Assembly: GCF_009914755.1 (NCBI RefSeq)
Contig: NC_060927.1
DNA: 64,000 nt
Source: the human T2T-CHM13v2.0 reference genome, Homo sapiens
Strand: one strand, 5' to 3'
How positions within the stretch are numbered: position 1 is the first letter of the stretch; every line of letters begins with the position of its first letter. Below, one piece after another: positions 14,028-29,747 of this stretch. Under the pieces are notes generated by a model. It did no database searches. It saw nothing but the letters and a program-made list of their open reading frames with translations, and was not told where the DNA came from. Made by a program: the position numbers and the translations under genes.

Positions 14028-14281
14028 ATTTTTTTTCTTTTCTTTTTTTTTTTTTTGCAATGTAGTCTTGCTTTGCTGCCTAGGCTGGAGTGCAGTGCAG
14101 TGGTGTGATCTCGGCTCACTGCAACCTCTGCCTCCCAGTTCAAGTGATTCTCTTGCCTCAGCATCCTGAGTAGCTGGGGTTATAGGCATGTGCCACCATG
14201 CCAGACTAATTTTTGTATTTTTAGTAGGGATGGGGTTTCACCATGTTGGCCAGGCTTGTCTCAGACTCCTGACCTCAAGTG
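14028..14281 (-). mobile_element. AluS (Sx/Sz-like), 5'-truncated
   Basis: Poly-T then Alu right arm with a GTGCA tandem duplication; ends at CCTGACCTCAAGTG. Confidence 0.92.
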
Positions 14282-14764
14282 TTCTGGGGGCAGTTCATCT
14301 CATCTTGCTGGCTCTTAACCAGAGCTTTTAGGAGAGGTGGCCTAATGGGTTGGTCAGGACTGTTACTCTACCCCTCACTCCCTGTTCTGAGAAAAGTAGC
14401 ATTGTTTTGGAGGAAGATCATTCTTGCTGCCTTGAACATACCAGATTTTGCCACAGTGCAGTGCCCAGCAGGGTCGTTGTAAACCATGGTGACTAAACCA
14501 TCCCTTTCACCAAGAAGCTTAACCTAACTATTCCTTTCTCATTCATTTAAATTTTGTTTCTTTCACATCTAAATGTATTATGCATGTTGTCTTTAAGGAT
14601 ATCTTCTGTTAGCCCTTGGAAATAAAAAACTGCCTTGTATTTTCTTTTTTTCCCCTCACATTTCTTCCATGTTTTTCTTTCTTTTTTGTAGCTCTTTGTT
14701 TTTAGACATCATGCCTTTCTTTTTCTTCTTCTTCATTTCTTTCCTTTTAATTCCACACTCAGCC

Positions 14765-15025
14765 TGTTTGGTGGATGCTGTGGTTTCTTGCTCAGATTCT
14801 CTTTAGGAGGCTGGTGAAGCCAGTCCTCAGCTGCTATGTGTGTTGGTTGCTAAAGATTTATTAATTCCAGAGAAGTACTCTATGAGGGAGAGTACATAGC
14901 TAATGGTTGACTTGCATGTGGGAACAAAAGCCAGCACTTTGAGGGAAGGGAATTCTGTGGAGCAACTCATATTCAAGCTCCCAATGGGAGATGGCAAAGC
15001 TGACTTCTGCTGAGACCACACTCTT
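14765..15025 (+). mobile_element. LTR16-family LTR, 5' part (continues at 26135)
   Basis: GGTGGATGCTGTGGT...CTCAGATTC start; interrupted at GAGACCACACTCTT. Confidence 0.7.
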
Positions 15026-16770
15026 TTTTAATTTGCTTTATTTTCTTATTTACTGATTCTTAAATTTTTATTTTTTTGTGAGTACATAGTAGGTGTGTGC
15101 ATTTATGGGGTGTTTGAGATATTTTGATACAGGCATACAATGCATAATAATCATATCAGGGTAAATGAGGTATCCATCACTTTGAGCATTTATCCTTTCT
15201 TTGCGTTACAAACAAATGCAATTATGCTTTTTTAGTTATTTTTAAATGTACAATAAACTATTGTTGACTGTAGTCACTCTGTTGTGCTATCAAATACTAG
15301 ATATTATTCTTTCTATCTAACTATATTTTTGAACCCATTAACCATCCACACTCCCCTACCCATTACCCTTCTTAGTTCTTCAAATGTTTGGTAAAATGCA
15401 GTAGTGAAACCATCATGGCCTAACATTTTCTTTGCTGGGAGACTTTTTATTATGTCTTCAATTTCGTTACTTGTTATTGGTCTGTTCAGGTCTTGGATTT
15501 CTTCATGGTTCAGTCTTAGTAGGTTGTATGTGTCTAGGAATTTATCCATTTCATCTAGATTTTCCAATTTAGTGGCTCATAAATTTAGTAACTTTTGGTA
15601 GCCTCTAATGATTCTTTGAATTTCTGTGATACTGCCTGTAATGTCTCCTTTTTCATCTCTGATTTTATTTATTTGTGTCTTCTCCCTTTTTTCCTTCATG
15701 AGTTTGGCTGATGGTTTGTCAGTTTTATTTATCTTGTCAAATAAACAAATTTTCATTTTATTGATCTTTGTATTGTTTTCAGTTTTGTTAATTTTTGCTC
15801 TAATCTTTATTATTTCTTTTCTTCTACTGATTTTGAGTTTGGTTTGCTTTCGCTTTTCTAATTCTTCAAGATGCACACCCTTAGGTTGTTTATTTGAAAT
15901 TTTTTTACTTACAGCTATAAAATTCCTTTTTAATACTGCTTTTGCTTTATAGCCCATAGGTTTTAGTATGTTGTGTTTACATTATCATTTGTTTCATGAA
16001 AATTTTTAATTTTCTTCTTAATTTTTTCACTGACTCACTGGTCATTCAAGAGCATATTGTTTATTTTCCATGTGTTTGTATAGTTTCTAAAATTCCTTGT
16101 GTTATTGATTTCTAGTTTTATTCCACTGTGTTCAGAGAAGATGTTTGGTATTATTTCAGTTTTTTGAATGTTTTAAGAGTTGTTTTGTAGTCTAACATGT
16201 GATCCATCCATGAGAATGATGCATGTGCTGAGGAGAAGAGTGTATTCTGCATCATTGGATGCAATGTTCTGTAAGTATCCATTAGGTCCATTTGGCCTAT
16301 AGTGCAGATTAAGTCTGATGTTTCTTAGTTGATTTTCCATCTGGATGATCTGTCCAATGCTGTAAGTGGAGTGTTAACATCTGCAGCTATTATTGTATTG
16401 GGATCTATCTCTTTCTTTAGCTCTAATAATACTTGCTTTATATGTCTGGGTGCTCCAGTGTTGGGTACATATATATTCACAATTGTTTATCTTCTTGCTG
16501 AATTGACCCTTTTTCATTAAATAACAACCTTCTTTGTCTCTTTTTATATTTTTTTGTCTTGAAATCTGTTTTATCTGGTATAAGTATAGCAATTCCTTCT
16601 CTTTTTTGGTTTTCATTTGTATGGAATATCTCTTTCTATCCCTTAATTTTAGGTCTATGTGTGTCTTTACAGGTGAAGTGTGTTTCTTGTAGGCAACAGA
16701 TCATTGGGTCTTGTTTTTTTAATCCATTCGGCCACTGTATGTCTTTTGAAAGGAGAGTTTATCAATTTAT
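15026..16770 (-). mobile_element. L1MA (approx. L1MA2/3) 3' part: 3'UTR fused to the ORF2 N-terminal region by an internal deletion
   Basis: L1MA 3'UTR (TTTTGATACAGGCATACAATGCATAATAATC). ORFs 15313..15567 and 15577..15957 are ORF2 remnants ([15 protein letters not shown]). Confidence 0.9.
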
Positions 16771-18689
16771 TTGTCTGTGTTTATTTATTTTTTTATTATA
16801 CTTTAAGTTCTAGGGTACATGTGCACTATGTGCAGGTTTGCTACGTAGGTATACATGTACCATGTTGGTTTGCTGCACCCATTAACTCGTCATTTACATT
16901 AGGTATTTCTCCTAATGCTATCCCTCCCCCTGCCCCCCCACTACACGACAGGCCCCAGGGTGTGATGTTCCCCGCTCTGTGTCCAAGTGTTCTCATTGTT
17001 CAATTCCCACCTATGAGTGAGAACATGAGGTGTTTGGTTTTCTGTCCTTGAGATAGTTTGCTCAGAATGATGGTTTCCAGCTGCATCCATGTCCCTGCAA
17101 AGGATATGAACTCATCCTTTTTAATGGCTTCATAGTATTCCATGATGTATATGTGCCACATTTTCTTAATCCAGTCTATTATTGATGGACATTTGGGTTG
17201 GTTCCAAGTCTTTGCTATTGTGAAGAGTGCCACAATAAACATACGTATACATGGGTCTTTATAGTAGCATGATTTATAATCCTTTGGGCATATACCCAGT
17301 AATGGGATTGCTGGGTCAAATGGTATTTCTAGTTCTAGATCCTTGAGGAATGGCCATACTGTCTTCCACAATGGTTGAACTAGTTTACGGTCCCACCAGC
17401 AGTGTAAAAGTGTTCCTATTTCTGCACATCCTCTCCAGCATCTGTTGTTTCCTGATTTTTTAATTATTGCCATTCTAACTGGTGTGAGATGGTATCTCAT
17501 TGTGGTTTTGATTTGCATTTCTCTGATGACCAGTGATGATGAGCATTTTTTCATGTGTCTGTTGGCTTATTTTGAGAAGTGTCTGCTCATATCCTTTGCC
17601 CACTTTTTGATGAGGTTGTTTATTTCTTGTAAATTTGTTTAGGTTCTCTGTAGATTCTGGATATTAGCCCTTTCTCAGATGAGGTAGATTGCAAAAATTT
17701 CCTCCCATTCTGTAGGTTGCCTGTTCACTCTGATGGTAGTTTCTTTTGCTGTGCGGAAGGTCTTTAGTTTAATTAGATCCCATTTGTCTATTTTGGCTTT
17801 TGTTGCCATTGCTTTTGGTGTTTTAGTCATGAAGTCCTTGCCCATGCCTATGTCCTGAATGGCATTCCCTAGGTTTTCTTCTAGGGTTTTTATGGTTTTA
17901 GGTCTAACATTTAAGTCTTTAATCCATCTTGAATTAATTTTTGTATAAGATGTAAGGAAGGGATCCAGTTTCAGCTTTCTATGTATGGCTAGCCAGTTTT
18001 CCCAGCACCATTTATTAAATAGGGACTTCTTTCCCCATTTCTTGTTTTTATCATGTTTGTCAAAGATCAGATAGTTGTAGATGTGTGGTGTTATTTCTGA
18101 GGGCTGTGTTCTGTTCCATTGGTCTATATCTCTGTTTTGGTACCATTGCTGTGCTGTTTTGGTTACTGTAGCCTTGAAGTATAGTTTAAAGTGAGGTAGC
18201 ATGATTCCTCCAGCTTTGTTCTTTTGGTTTAGGATCGTCTTGGCAATGCAGGCTCTTTTTTGGTTCTATATGAACTTTAAAGTAGTTTTTTCTAATTCTC
18301 TGAAGACAGTAATTGGTAGCTTGATGGGGATGGCATTGAATCTATAAATTACCTTGGGCAGTATGGTCATTTTCATGATATTGATTCTTCCTACCCATGA
18401 GCATGGAATGTTCTTCCATTTGTTTGTGTCCTCTTTTATTTCACTGAGCAGTGATTTGTAGTTCTCCTTGAAGAGGTCCTTCACATCCCTTGTAAGTTGG
18501 ATTCCTAGGTATTTAATCTCTTTGAAGCAATTGTGAATGGGAGTTCACTCATGATTTGGCTCTCTGTTTGTCTGTTATTGGTGTATAGGAATGCTTGTGA
18601 TTTTTGTACATTGATTTTGTATCCTGAGACTTTGCTGAAGTTGCTTATCAGCTTAAGGAGATTTTGGGCTGAGATGATGGGGTTTTCTA

Positions 18690-19013
<324 letters not shown>

Positions 19014-20562
19014 CTATGGAGATAATCATGTGGTTTTTATTGTTCGTTTTGTTTATGTGATGGATTGTGTTTATTGACTTGTGTATGTTGAACCAGCCTT
19101 GCTTCCCAGGGATGAAGCCGACTTGATCATGGTGGATAAGCTTTTTGATGTGCTGCTGGATTCGGTTTGCCAGTATTTTATTGAGGATTTTCACATCGAT
19201 GTTCATCAGGGATATTGGTCTAAAATTCTCTTTTTTTTGTTGTGTCTCTGCCAGGCTTTGGTATCAGGATGATGCTAGCCTCATAAAATGAGTTAGGAAG
19301 GATTCCCTAACTCTATTTTTTTTTTATTGGAATAGTTGCAGAAGGAATGGTACCGGCTCCTCTTTGTACCTCTGGTAGAATTCGGCTGTGAATCTGTCTG
19401 GTCCCGGACTGTTTTTGGTTGGTAGGCTATTAATTATTGCCTCAATTTCAGAGCCTGTTATTGGCCTATTCAGAGTTTCAACTTCTTCCTGGTTTAGTCT
19501 TGGGTGGGTGTATGTGTCCGGGAATTTATCCATTTCTTCTAGATTTTCTAGTTTATTTGTGTAGAGGTGTTCATAGTATTCTCTGATGGTAGTTTGTATT
19601 TCTGTGGGATTGGTGGTGATATCCCTTTTATCATTTTTTATTGTGCCTATTTGATTCTTCTCTCTTTTCTTCTTTATTAGTGTTGCTAGCAGTCTATCAA
19701 TTTTGTTGACCTTTTCAAAAAACCAGCTCCTGGATTCACTGATTTTTTTGAAGGGTTTTTTGTGTGTGTCTCCTTCAGTTCTGCTGTGATCTTTGTTGTT
19801 TCTTGCCTTTGGCTAGCTTTTGAGTTTGTTTGCTCTTGCTTCTCTAGTTCTTTTAATTGTGATGTTAGGGTGTCAATTTTAGATCTTTCCTGCTTTCTCT
19901 TGTGTGTATTTAGTTCTATAAATTTCCCTCTACACACTTCTTTGAATGTGTCCCAGAGATTCTGGTATGTTGTGTCTTTGTTCTCATTGGTTTCAAAGAA
20001 TATCTTTATTTCTGCCTTCATTTCGTTATGTACCGAGTAGTCATTCAGGAGCAGGTTGTTCAGTTTCCATGTAGTTGTGCAGTTTTGAGTGAGTTTCTTA
20101 ATACTGAGTTCTACTTTGATTGCACTGTGGTTTGAGAGACAGTTTGTTGTGATTTCTGTTCTTTTACATTTGCTGAGGAGTGTTTTACTTCCGACTATGT
20201 GGTCAATTTTGGAATAAGTGTGATGTGGTGCTGAGAAGAATGTATATTCTGTTGATTTGGGGTGGAGAGTTCTGTAGATGTCTATTAGGTCTGCTTGGTG
20301 CAGAGCTGAGTTCAAATCCTTGATATCTTTGTTAACTTTCTGTCTCGTTGATCTGTGTAATATTGACAGTGGGGTGTTAAAGTCTCCCATTATTATTGTG
20401 TGGGAGTCTAAGTCTCTTTGTAGTTCTCTAAGGACTTGCTTTATGAATCTGGGTGCTCCTGTGTTGCGTGCATATATATTTAGGATAGTTAGCTCTTCTT
20501 TTTGAATTGATCCATTTAACATTATGTTATGACCTTCTTTGTCTCTTTTGATCTTTGTTGGT

Positions 20563-21052
20563 TGTTGGGAACAGACCCCCAAATCTGGCCATAGACAGGC
20601 TCCAAAACTGGGCATAAATAAAATCTCTGCAGCACTGTGACATGTTTGTGATGGCCATGACACCCACATTGAAGGTTGTTGGTTTACCGGAATGAGAACA
20701 AGGAACACCTGGCCCACCCAGGGCATAAAGCTGCTTAAAAGTGTTCCTAAACCACAAAGAATAGCATGAGCGATCTTTGCCTTGAGGACATGTTCCTGCT
20801 GCAGATAATTAGCCAGAGCCCATCCCTTTGTTTTCCATTAGGAATACTTTTAGTTAATCTATAATCTATAGAAATAATGCTTATCACTGGCTTGCTGTCA
20901 ATAAATATATGGGTAAATTTCTCTTCTGGGCTCTCAGCTTTGAAGGCTGTCAGCCCCCATATCCCACTCCACATTGTATATTTCTGTGTGTGTGTCTTTA
21001 ATTCCTCTAGCGCCGCTGGGTTAGGGTCCCTATGACCGAGCTGGTCTCGGAA
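20563..21052 (+). mobile_element. MER9 solo LTR (HERV-K HML-3/HERVK9)
   Basis: TGTTGGGAACAG.CCCCCAAATCTGGCCATA ... GACCGAGCTGGTCTCGG; AATAAA present; 6-bp TSD GTTGGT at 20557-20562 and 21053-21058. Confidence 0.93.
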
Positions 21053-22985
21053 GTTGGTTTAAAGTCTGTTTTATCAGAAACTAGGGTTGCAACCCCTGCT
21101 TTTTTTTTTTTGCTTTCCATTTTCTTGGTAGATCTTCTTCCATCCCTTTATTTTGAGCCTAGTGTCTGTGCATGTGAGATGGATTTCCTGAATACAGCAC
21201 ACTGATGGGTCTTGACTCTTTATCCAATTTGCCAGTCTGTGTCTTTTAATTGGGGCATTTAGCCCATTTACATTTAAGGTTAATATTATTATGTGTGAAT
21301 TTGATCCTGTCATTATGATGTTAGCTGGTTATTTTGCTTGTTAGTTGATGCAGTTTCTTCTTAGCATTGATGGTCTTTACAATTTGGCATGTTTTTGCAG
21401 TGGCTGGTACCAGTTGTTCCTTTCCATGTTTGGTCCTTCAGAAGCTCTTGTAAGGCAGACCTGGTGGTGACAACATCTCTCAGCATTTTCTTGTCTGTAA
21501 AGGATTTTATTTCTCCTTCACTTATGAAGCTTAGTTTGGCTGGATATGAAATTCTCTGGGTTGAAACTTATTTTCTTTAAGAATGTTGAGTATTGGCCCT
21601 CACTCTCTTCTGGCTTGTAGAGTTTCTGCTGAGAGATCTGCTGTTAATCTGATGGGCTTCCCTTTGTGGATAACCCAACCTTTCTCTCTGGTTGCCCTTA
21701 ACATTTTTTCCTTCATTTCAAACTTGGAGAATCTGATAATTATGTGTCCTGGGGTTGCTCTTACCGGGGAATATCTTTGTGGTGTTCTCTGTATTTCCTG
21801 AATTTTAATGTTGGCCTGCCTTGCTAGGTTGGGGAAGTTCTCCTGGATAATGTCCTGAAGAGTGTTTTCCAACTTGATTCCATTCTCCCTGTCACTTTCA
21901 GGTACACCAATCACATGTAGATTTGGTCTTTTCACATAGTCCTATATTTCTTGGAGGCTTTGTTCATTTCTTTTTACTCTTTTTTCTCTAAACTTCTCTT
22001 CTCACTTTATTTCATTCATTTGATCTTCAATCACTGATACCCTTTCTTCTACTTGATCGAGTTGGCTATTGAAGCTTGTGCATGCATCATGTAGTTCTTG
22101 TGCCATGGCTTTCAGCTCCATCAGGTCATTTAAGGTCTTCTCTACACTGTTTCTTCTAGTTAGCCATTCGTCTAATCTTTTTTCAAGGGTTTTAGCTTCC
22201 TTGTGATGGGTTCGAACATCCTCCTTTAGCTCGGAGAAGTCTGTTATTACTGACCTTCTGAAGCCTACTTCTGTCAGCTCATCAAAGTCATTCTCTGTCC
22301 AGCTTTGTTCTGTTGCTGGCGAGGAGCTGCAATCCTTTGGAGGAGAAGAGGCACTCTGGTTTTTAGAATTTCCAGCTTTTCTGCTCTGGTTTCTCTTCAT
22401 CTTTGTGGTTTTATCTACCTTTGGTCTTTGATGCTGGTGACGTACATAAAGCGTTTTGGTATGGATGCCCTTTTGTTCGTGTTGATGCTATTCCTTTCTG
22501 TTGGTTAGTTTTCCTTCTAACAATCAGGTCCCTCAGTTGCATGTCTGTTGCAGTTTGCTGGAGGTCCTCTCCAGACCCTGTTTGCCTGGGCATCATCATT
22601 GGAGGCTGCTGAATAGCAAATATTGCAGAACAGCAAATATTGCTGCCTGATCCTTCCTCTGGAAGCTTTGTCCCAGAGGGCACTCACCTGTATGAGGTGT
22701 CAGTTGGCCCCAACTGGGAGGTGGCTCCCAGTTAGGCTACACAGGGGTAAAGAACCCACTTGAAGAGGCAGTCTGTCTGTCCTCTGAGCTCAAGTGCTGT
22801 TCCAGTGATCTTCAGAGCTGTCAGACAGGGACGTTTAAGTCTGCAGAAGTTTCTGCTGCCTTTTGTTCAGCTATGCCCTGCCCCTAGATGTGGAGTCTAC
22901 AGAGGCAGAGGCCTTGCTGAGCTGCGGTGGGCTCCACCCAGTTCGAGCTTTCCAGCCACTTTGTTTACCTACTCAAGCCTCAGCA

Positions 22986-23192
22986 ATGGCAGACACCCCT
23001 CCCCCTGCCAAGCTACTGCCTTGCAGGTCAATCCGAGACTGCTGCACTAGCAGTGAGCAAAGCTCTGTGCATGTGGGACCCACTAAGCCAGGCGTGGGAT
23101 ATAATCTCCTGGTGTGCTGTTTGCTAAGATCATTGGAAAAGCACAGTATTTGGGTGGGATCATCCCGTTTTTCCAGGTACCATCTTTGGTGA
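22986..23192 (+). CDS. L1 ORF0 (antisense ORF in the L1 5'UTR), open, 68 aa; expression unproven
   Basis: MADTPPPAKLLPCRSIRDCCTSSEQSSVHVGPTKPGVGYNLLV...SRFSRYHLW is collinear with primate ORF0 (MAGAPPPASLPPCSLISDCC...). Strong Kozak context GCAATGG. Confidence 0.75.
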   Translation: MADTPPPAKLLPCRSIRDCCTSSEQSSVHVGPTKPGVGYNLLVCCLLRSLEKHSIWVGSSRFSRYHLW

Positions 23193-23433
23193 AGGCACGG
23201 CTTCCCTTAGCTAGGAAAGGGAAATCCCCCGACCCCTTGCACTTCCCGGGTGAGGCAGTGCCCCACCCTGCTTCAGCTCACCCTCCATGGGCTGCACCCA
23301 CTGTCCAACCAGTCCCAATGAGTTGAACCAGGTACCTCAGTTGGAAATGCAGAAATCACCCATCTTCTGCGTCAATCACGCTGGGAGCTGCAGACCGGAG
23401 CTGTTCCTATTCGGCCATCTTGCAACGGATCCC

Positions 23434-26134
23434 ATCAATTTATATTCAATATTACTTTTGATAGGTAATGACTTACTCCTGCCATTTTGTCATTTGTGTT
23501 CTGGTTGTTTTGTGGTCTTCTCTTCCTTCTTTCCTTTGTTTTTCTCTTCTTTTTAGGTGAAGGCAATTTTCTATGGTGATACGTTTTAATTTCTTGCTTT
23601 TTATTCTCTGTGTATCTATTGTATGTTTTTCAATTTAAGGTTACATTGAGGCATGCACATACTATCTTTTAACCCATTATTTTGGACTGATGACAAGTTA
23701 ACACTACTTTCATAAACAAAGAAACAAACAAACACAGAAAGAGAAAACTAATAAAACCTTTACCCCTTAACTTCATTCCCTAGCTTTTTAACTTCTTGTT
23801 GTTTCTATTTTTATCTTATGTACTGTCTATGTCTTGAAAAGTTCTTGTTATTATTTCTGATTGGTTCATCCTTTAATCTTTCTACTCAAGATATGAGTAG
23901 TTTACACATCACAATTACAATGTTATAATAGTCTGTATTTTCCTGTGTACTTACTATTACCAGTGAGTTTTTACCTTCGGATGATTTATTGCTCATTAAC
24001 ATCCTTTTCTTTCATATTGAGAAAACTCTTTTTAGCATTTTTTGTAATACATGTCTGGTTTTGATGAAATCCCTTAGCTTTTGTTTGTTTGGTAAAGTCT
24101 TTGTTTCTTCTTCACGTTTGAAGAATATTTTTGCTGGATATACTCTTCTAGGTTATAAGTTTTTCCACTTAAGCACTTTAAATATGTCATGCCAGTCTCT
24201 CCTGGCCTATAATGCTTCTGCTGAAAAGTCTGCTGCCAGGCATATTGGCACTCCTTTGAATGTTGTTTCTTTTCTCTTGCTGCTTTTAGGATCCTTTATC
24301 ATTGACCTTTGGGACTTTATTAAATGTCTTGAAATAATCTTTGGGTTAAATCTGCTTGGTATTCTATAACCTTCCTGTACTTAGGAATTGATATCTTTCT
24401 CTAGGTTTGGGAAGTTCTCTATTATCATCCCTTTGAATAAACTTTCTAATGCTATCTCTCTTTTTGCCTCCTCTTTAAGGCAATTCACTTTTAGATTTTC
24501 CCTTTTGAGGCTATTTTCTAAATCTTGTAGGTGTGCTTTATTCTTTTTTGTTTTTTTTAAAAAAATCTCTTCTGATTGTGTATTTTCAAATAGCCTGTCT
24601 TCGAGCTCACTAATTCTTTTTTCAGCTTAATCGATTCTGCTGGCAGATCCAGAGATGCTGACTGGGAGCCAGGGCCTAGAGTAGGAAACCTTAGGAATTT
24701 ACTTGGTACTCTATTCTACTGTGGGTGAGCTGGCACCCAAGCCACAAGACAAAGTCCTTCTCACTCTTATCTCCTCTTTCCATAAGCAGAAGAGTCTCTC
24801 CTCATGGACACCCCAGACCTGTGGTGAATACTGCCTAACTACTGCCAGTGTTCATTCAAGGCCCAAGGGCTCTTCAGTCAGCTTGTGATGAATGCTGCCA
24901 GGCCTGGGACTCTCCTTTCTGGGCAGTGGATTTCCCTCTGGTCCAGGGCAGGTACAGAAATGCCATCCAAGAGCTGATGCCTGGAATCAGCTACTCCAAA
25001 AGCTCACTTGGTTCTCTCTCCCAGTGTGGCTTAGGTGGTACCTGAAGTGCAAGACAAAGTCTCCCTTACTCTTCCCTAGCCTTTTATCAAGCAGGAGTCT
25101 CTCCCCATTGCCTCCATAGCTGGGAAGGTGCTGGGTCAAAACTGAAGCCAGCACATCTCTTCAGTCTCCTCCAAGACCCATGGCTTACTTCCTGGGTATC
25201 ACTGCTGATTATTCAGGGCCCAAGGCTCTTTAGTCAGCAGGTGATGAATCCTTCCAGGACTTGGTCCTTCTCTTCAAAGCAGTTGGTTTCCTTCTGGCCC
25301 AGGGTGTGTCTAGAAATGTTATCCAAGATCGAAGGCCTGGAATGGGGGGCCTCAGGACTCTGCCTTGTACCCTATCCTCCTGTGGTTGAGCTGGCATCCA
25401 AGTTGCAAGACAAAGTCCTCTATACTCTTCCCTCTCTTCTTCTCAAGTGTAGGGAAGGAGTCTCTACTGCAGCTGTGAGCTGTGCTGCTGAGGGTTGGCA
25501 GAGAGGTGGCAGAAGCACTCCCTTGGCCACTCCACCTGGTGTCTCATTGGGTAGCATGCTCCCCAAGTCCACCACTGTCTCTGAGCCCAGCACAGCACCA
25601 GGATTTGGTCAAGAATTTCAGTCCTTGTGGCCTGGACTGCTTTATTTAGGAACCCCAGAGCATTTAGCCCATGGCAGCAAGACTTGCCAGAAGTCAGGTT
25701 CTGATCGCTGGGATGGGTGATTCCCCTCTGGCTAGGGCTGGTTTATATGTGCCTTTTGTGAAAACCTGCTGAGTTTTTTCTATTTTCGCGGTGTTTCTTT
25801 CTTCTGTGACAGGGCAGCATTGAGTTCCAATGCAAAGTTCTGCAATCATTGTGTTCTCCTTCCTCCAAGTGCACAGATTCTTTCTCTGCACTATGAGGCT
25901 ACTTTAGGGAATGGCAGAAGAGTGGCATTGGCAATTTAAGACTGTCTTTCCTACCCTCTTCAATGCCTCCTGCAATAATATGAAGTTAAAACCAAGTACT
26001 GTGATTGCTTACCTGATTTTTGGTTCTTATGAAGGTGCTTTTAGTGTGTGGATGTTTGCTCAGTTTGGTGTTTCTGTAGCAGGGATAATCAATGAAGTCT
26101 TCTATTTGACCATCTTGCCATGCCTGTCTGTCTG
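23434..26134 (-). mobile_element. L1MA 5' part (inter-ORF region, partial ORF1, L1M2-type 5'UTR) of the element starting at 15026
   Basis: Resumes after the L1PA TSD. 5' end GGCAAGATGGTCAAATAG (YY1-type motif). 14-bp TSD GAGACCACACTCTT at 15012-15025 and 26135-26148. Confidence 0.88.
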
Positions 26135-26276
26135 GAGACCACACTCTTGTTTAGCTTCATCCCCTGCCCCATCCTACTTTCCTCATTCCCCTTTTCCTAA
26201 AAGGACTTCCTCAACAGATTTTGTGAACTTGAATTCCCATCTCAGGCTCTGCTTCAAGGGAACATGACTCAAGACA
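26135..26276 (+). mobile_element. LTR16-family LTR, 3' part
   Basis: CATCTCAGGCTCTGCTTC.AGGGAAC.TGACTCAAGACA terminus. Confidence 0.75.
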
Positions 26277-26979
26277 ACCTATCTTGCTTTCTGACTTTAG
26301 CCACTAAAAGCATCTTCCATTTCTACTCATCTTTTCTATTATTTACCCTGTTATCTTTAATCTTACTTCCCTTTAATTCCCCACCATTTGCTTCTTACCT
26401 TTTTAGGGCTTCTGATAAGTCTCAGAGTTGCTTCTCCTGGAGACAGACATGTGATGCATCTTTGGTTTGTAGTTGATTGGAATAACCGGAACATGTTTCT
26501 TCTTCTTAGCACTGAGCACCCTCAAAGATGCTGCATGAGCTAGAAGCTCATTCAAAGTGAATGTTCCTGATAGAAAGGCCTAGTACTGACAGCAGATTGA
26601 GACCCCGCCTTTCTTTTCCACCATCTGTTTGCCTGCTAGAGGCAGGAAGCTTCAGGAGATGGAATGACCTTTTCCAAAGATTTGTTTTCAGTATAGTGTC
26701 TAGAGCTTCCCTTTCCCAGAGCTAATCTCTGGAAATAAATAAATTATATTTCTGGTAATAAAAATTGTTCAAGCTGTTCCAATGCTCCCAGAACACCAGA
26801 GGGCCACTAAACAAACTGAAGGAGAAGTTGTAGTTTGGTGATCTCCAAATAATAAGACAAACTAAATGTATTTTTGTGCTATATTCATACTCATATTTAC
26901 AGTTTCATGGCCAAATAAGTAGGATAAACTCTTCCTAAACAAAAACTAAACAGGTTTTACTTTTACTAAAAAAAAATTT

Positions 26980-27145
26980 ACTGCAAGTCTTCTCAGAGAT
27001 TTTTAAAAAATATGCTAATATACACTAAATCTGGAGGGGCACATAGCATGTAGCACTTACCAAGCTTATTTTATAACACATCTCCTTTTCCTTTTTTCTT
27101 TTTAGTAGAACATCTTACAAGGCTGTTATATGAAACACACAGATA
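26980..27145. mobile_element. MER112-like (hAT-Charlie) fragment
   Basis: CTTCTCAGAG...AATATGCTAAT...GTAGCACTTACCAAGCTTATT resembles the recalled consensus. Confidence 0.5.
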
Positions 27146-27237
27146 CAACCATGCAACAATTGTGATCAACAAATATTTGATCTCTTGAAGACAGCATACT
27201 GATGGGTCTTAATTCTTTATTCAGCTTACCATTGCAT

Positions 27238-29675
<2,438 letters not shown>

Positions 29676-29747
29676 TATGTCCCTCTTTTTCTTCTTTGGC
29701 TAATTTCATATTTGACAATTTCATAACTTGGTCAGGTTAGAAAAGAG

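Noticed and set aside
25241-25720. 159-aa ORF antisense to the L1MA 5'UTR, a possible ORF0 analogue
   Set aside because: It shows no recognisable similarity to ORF0, and GC-richer repeat DNA easily yields ORFs of this length.
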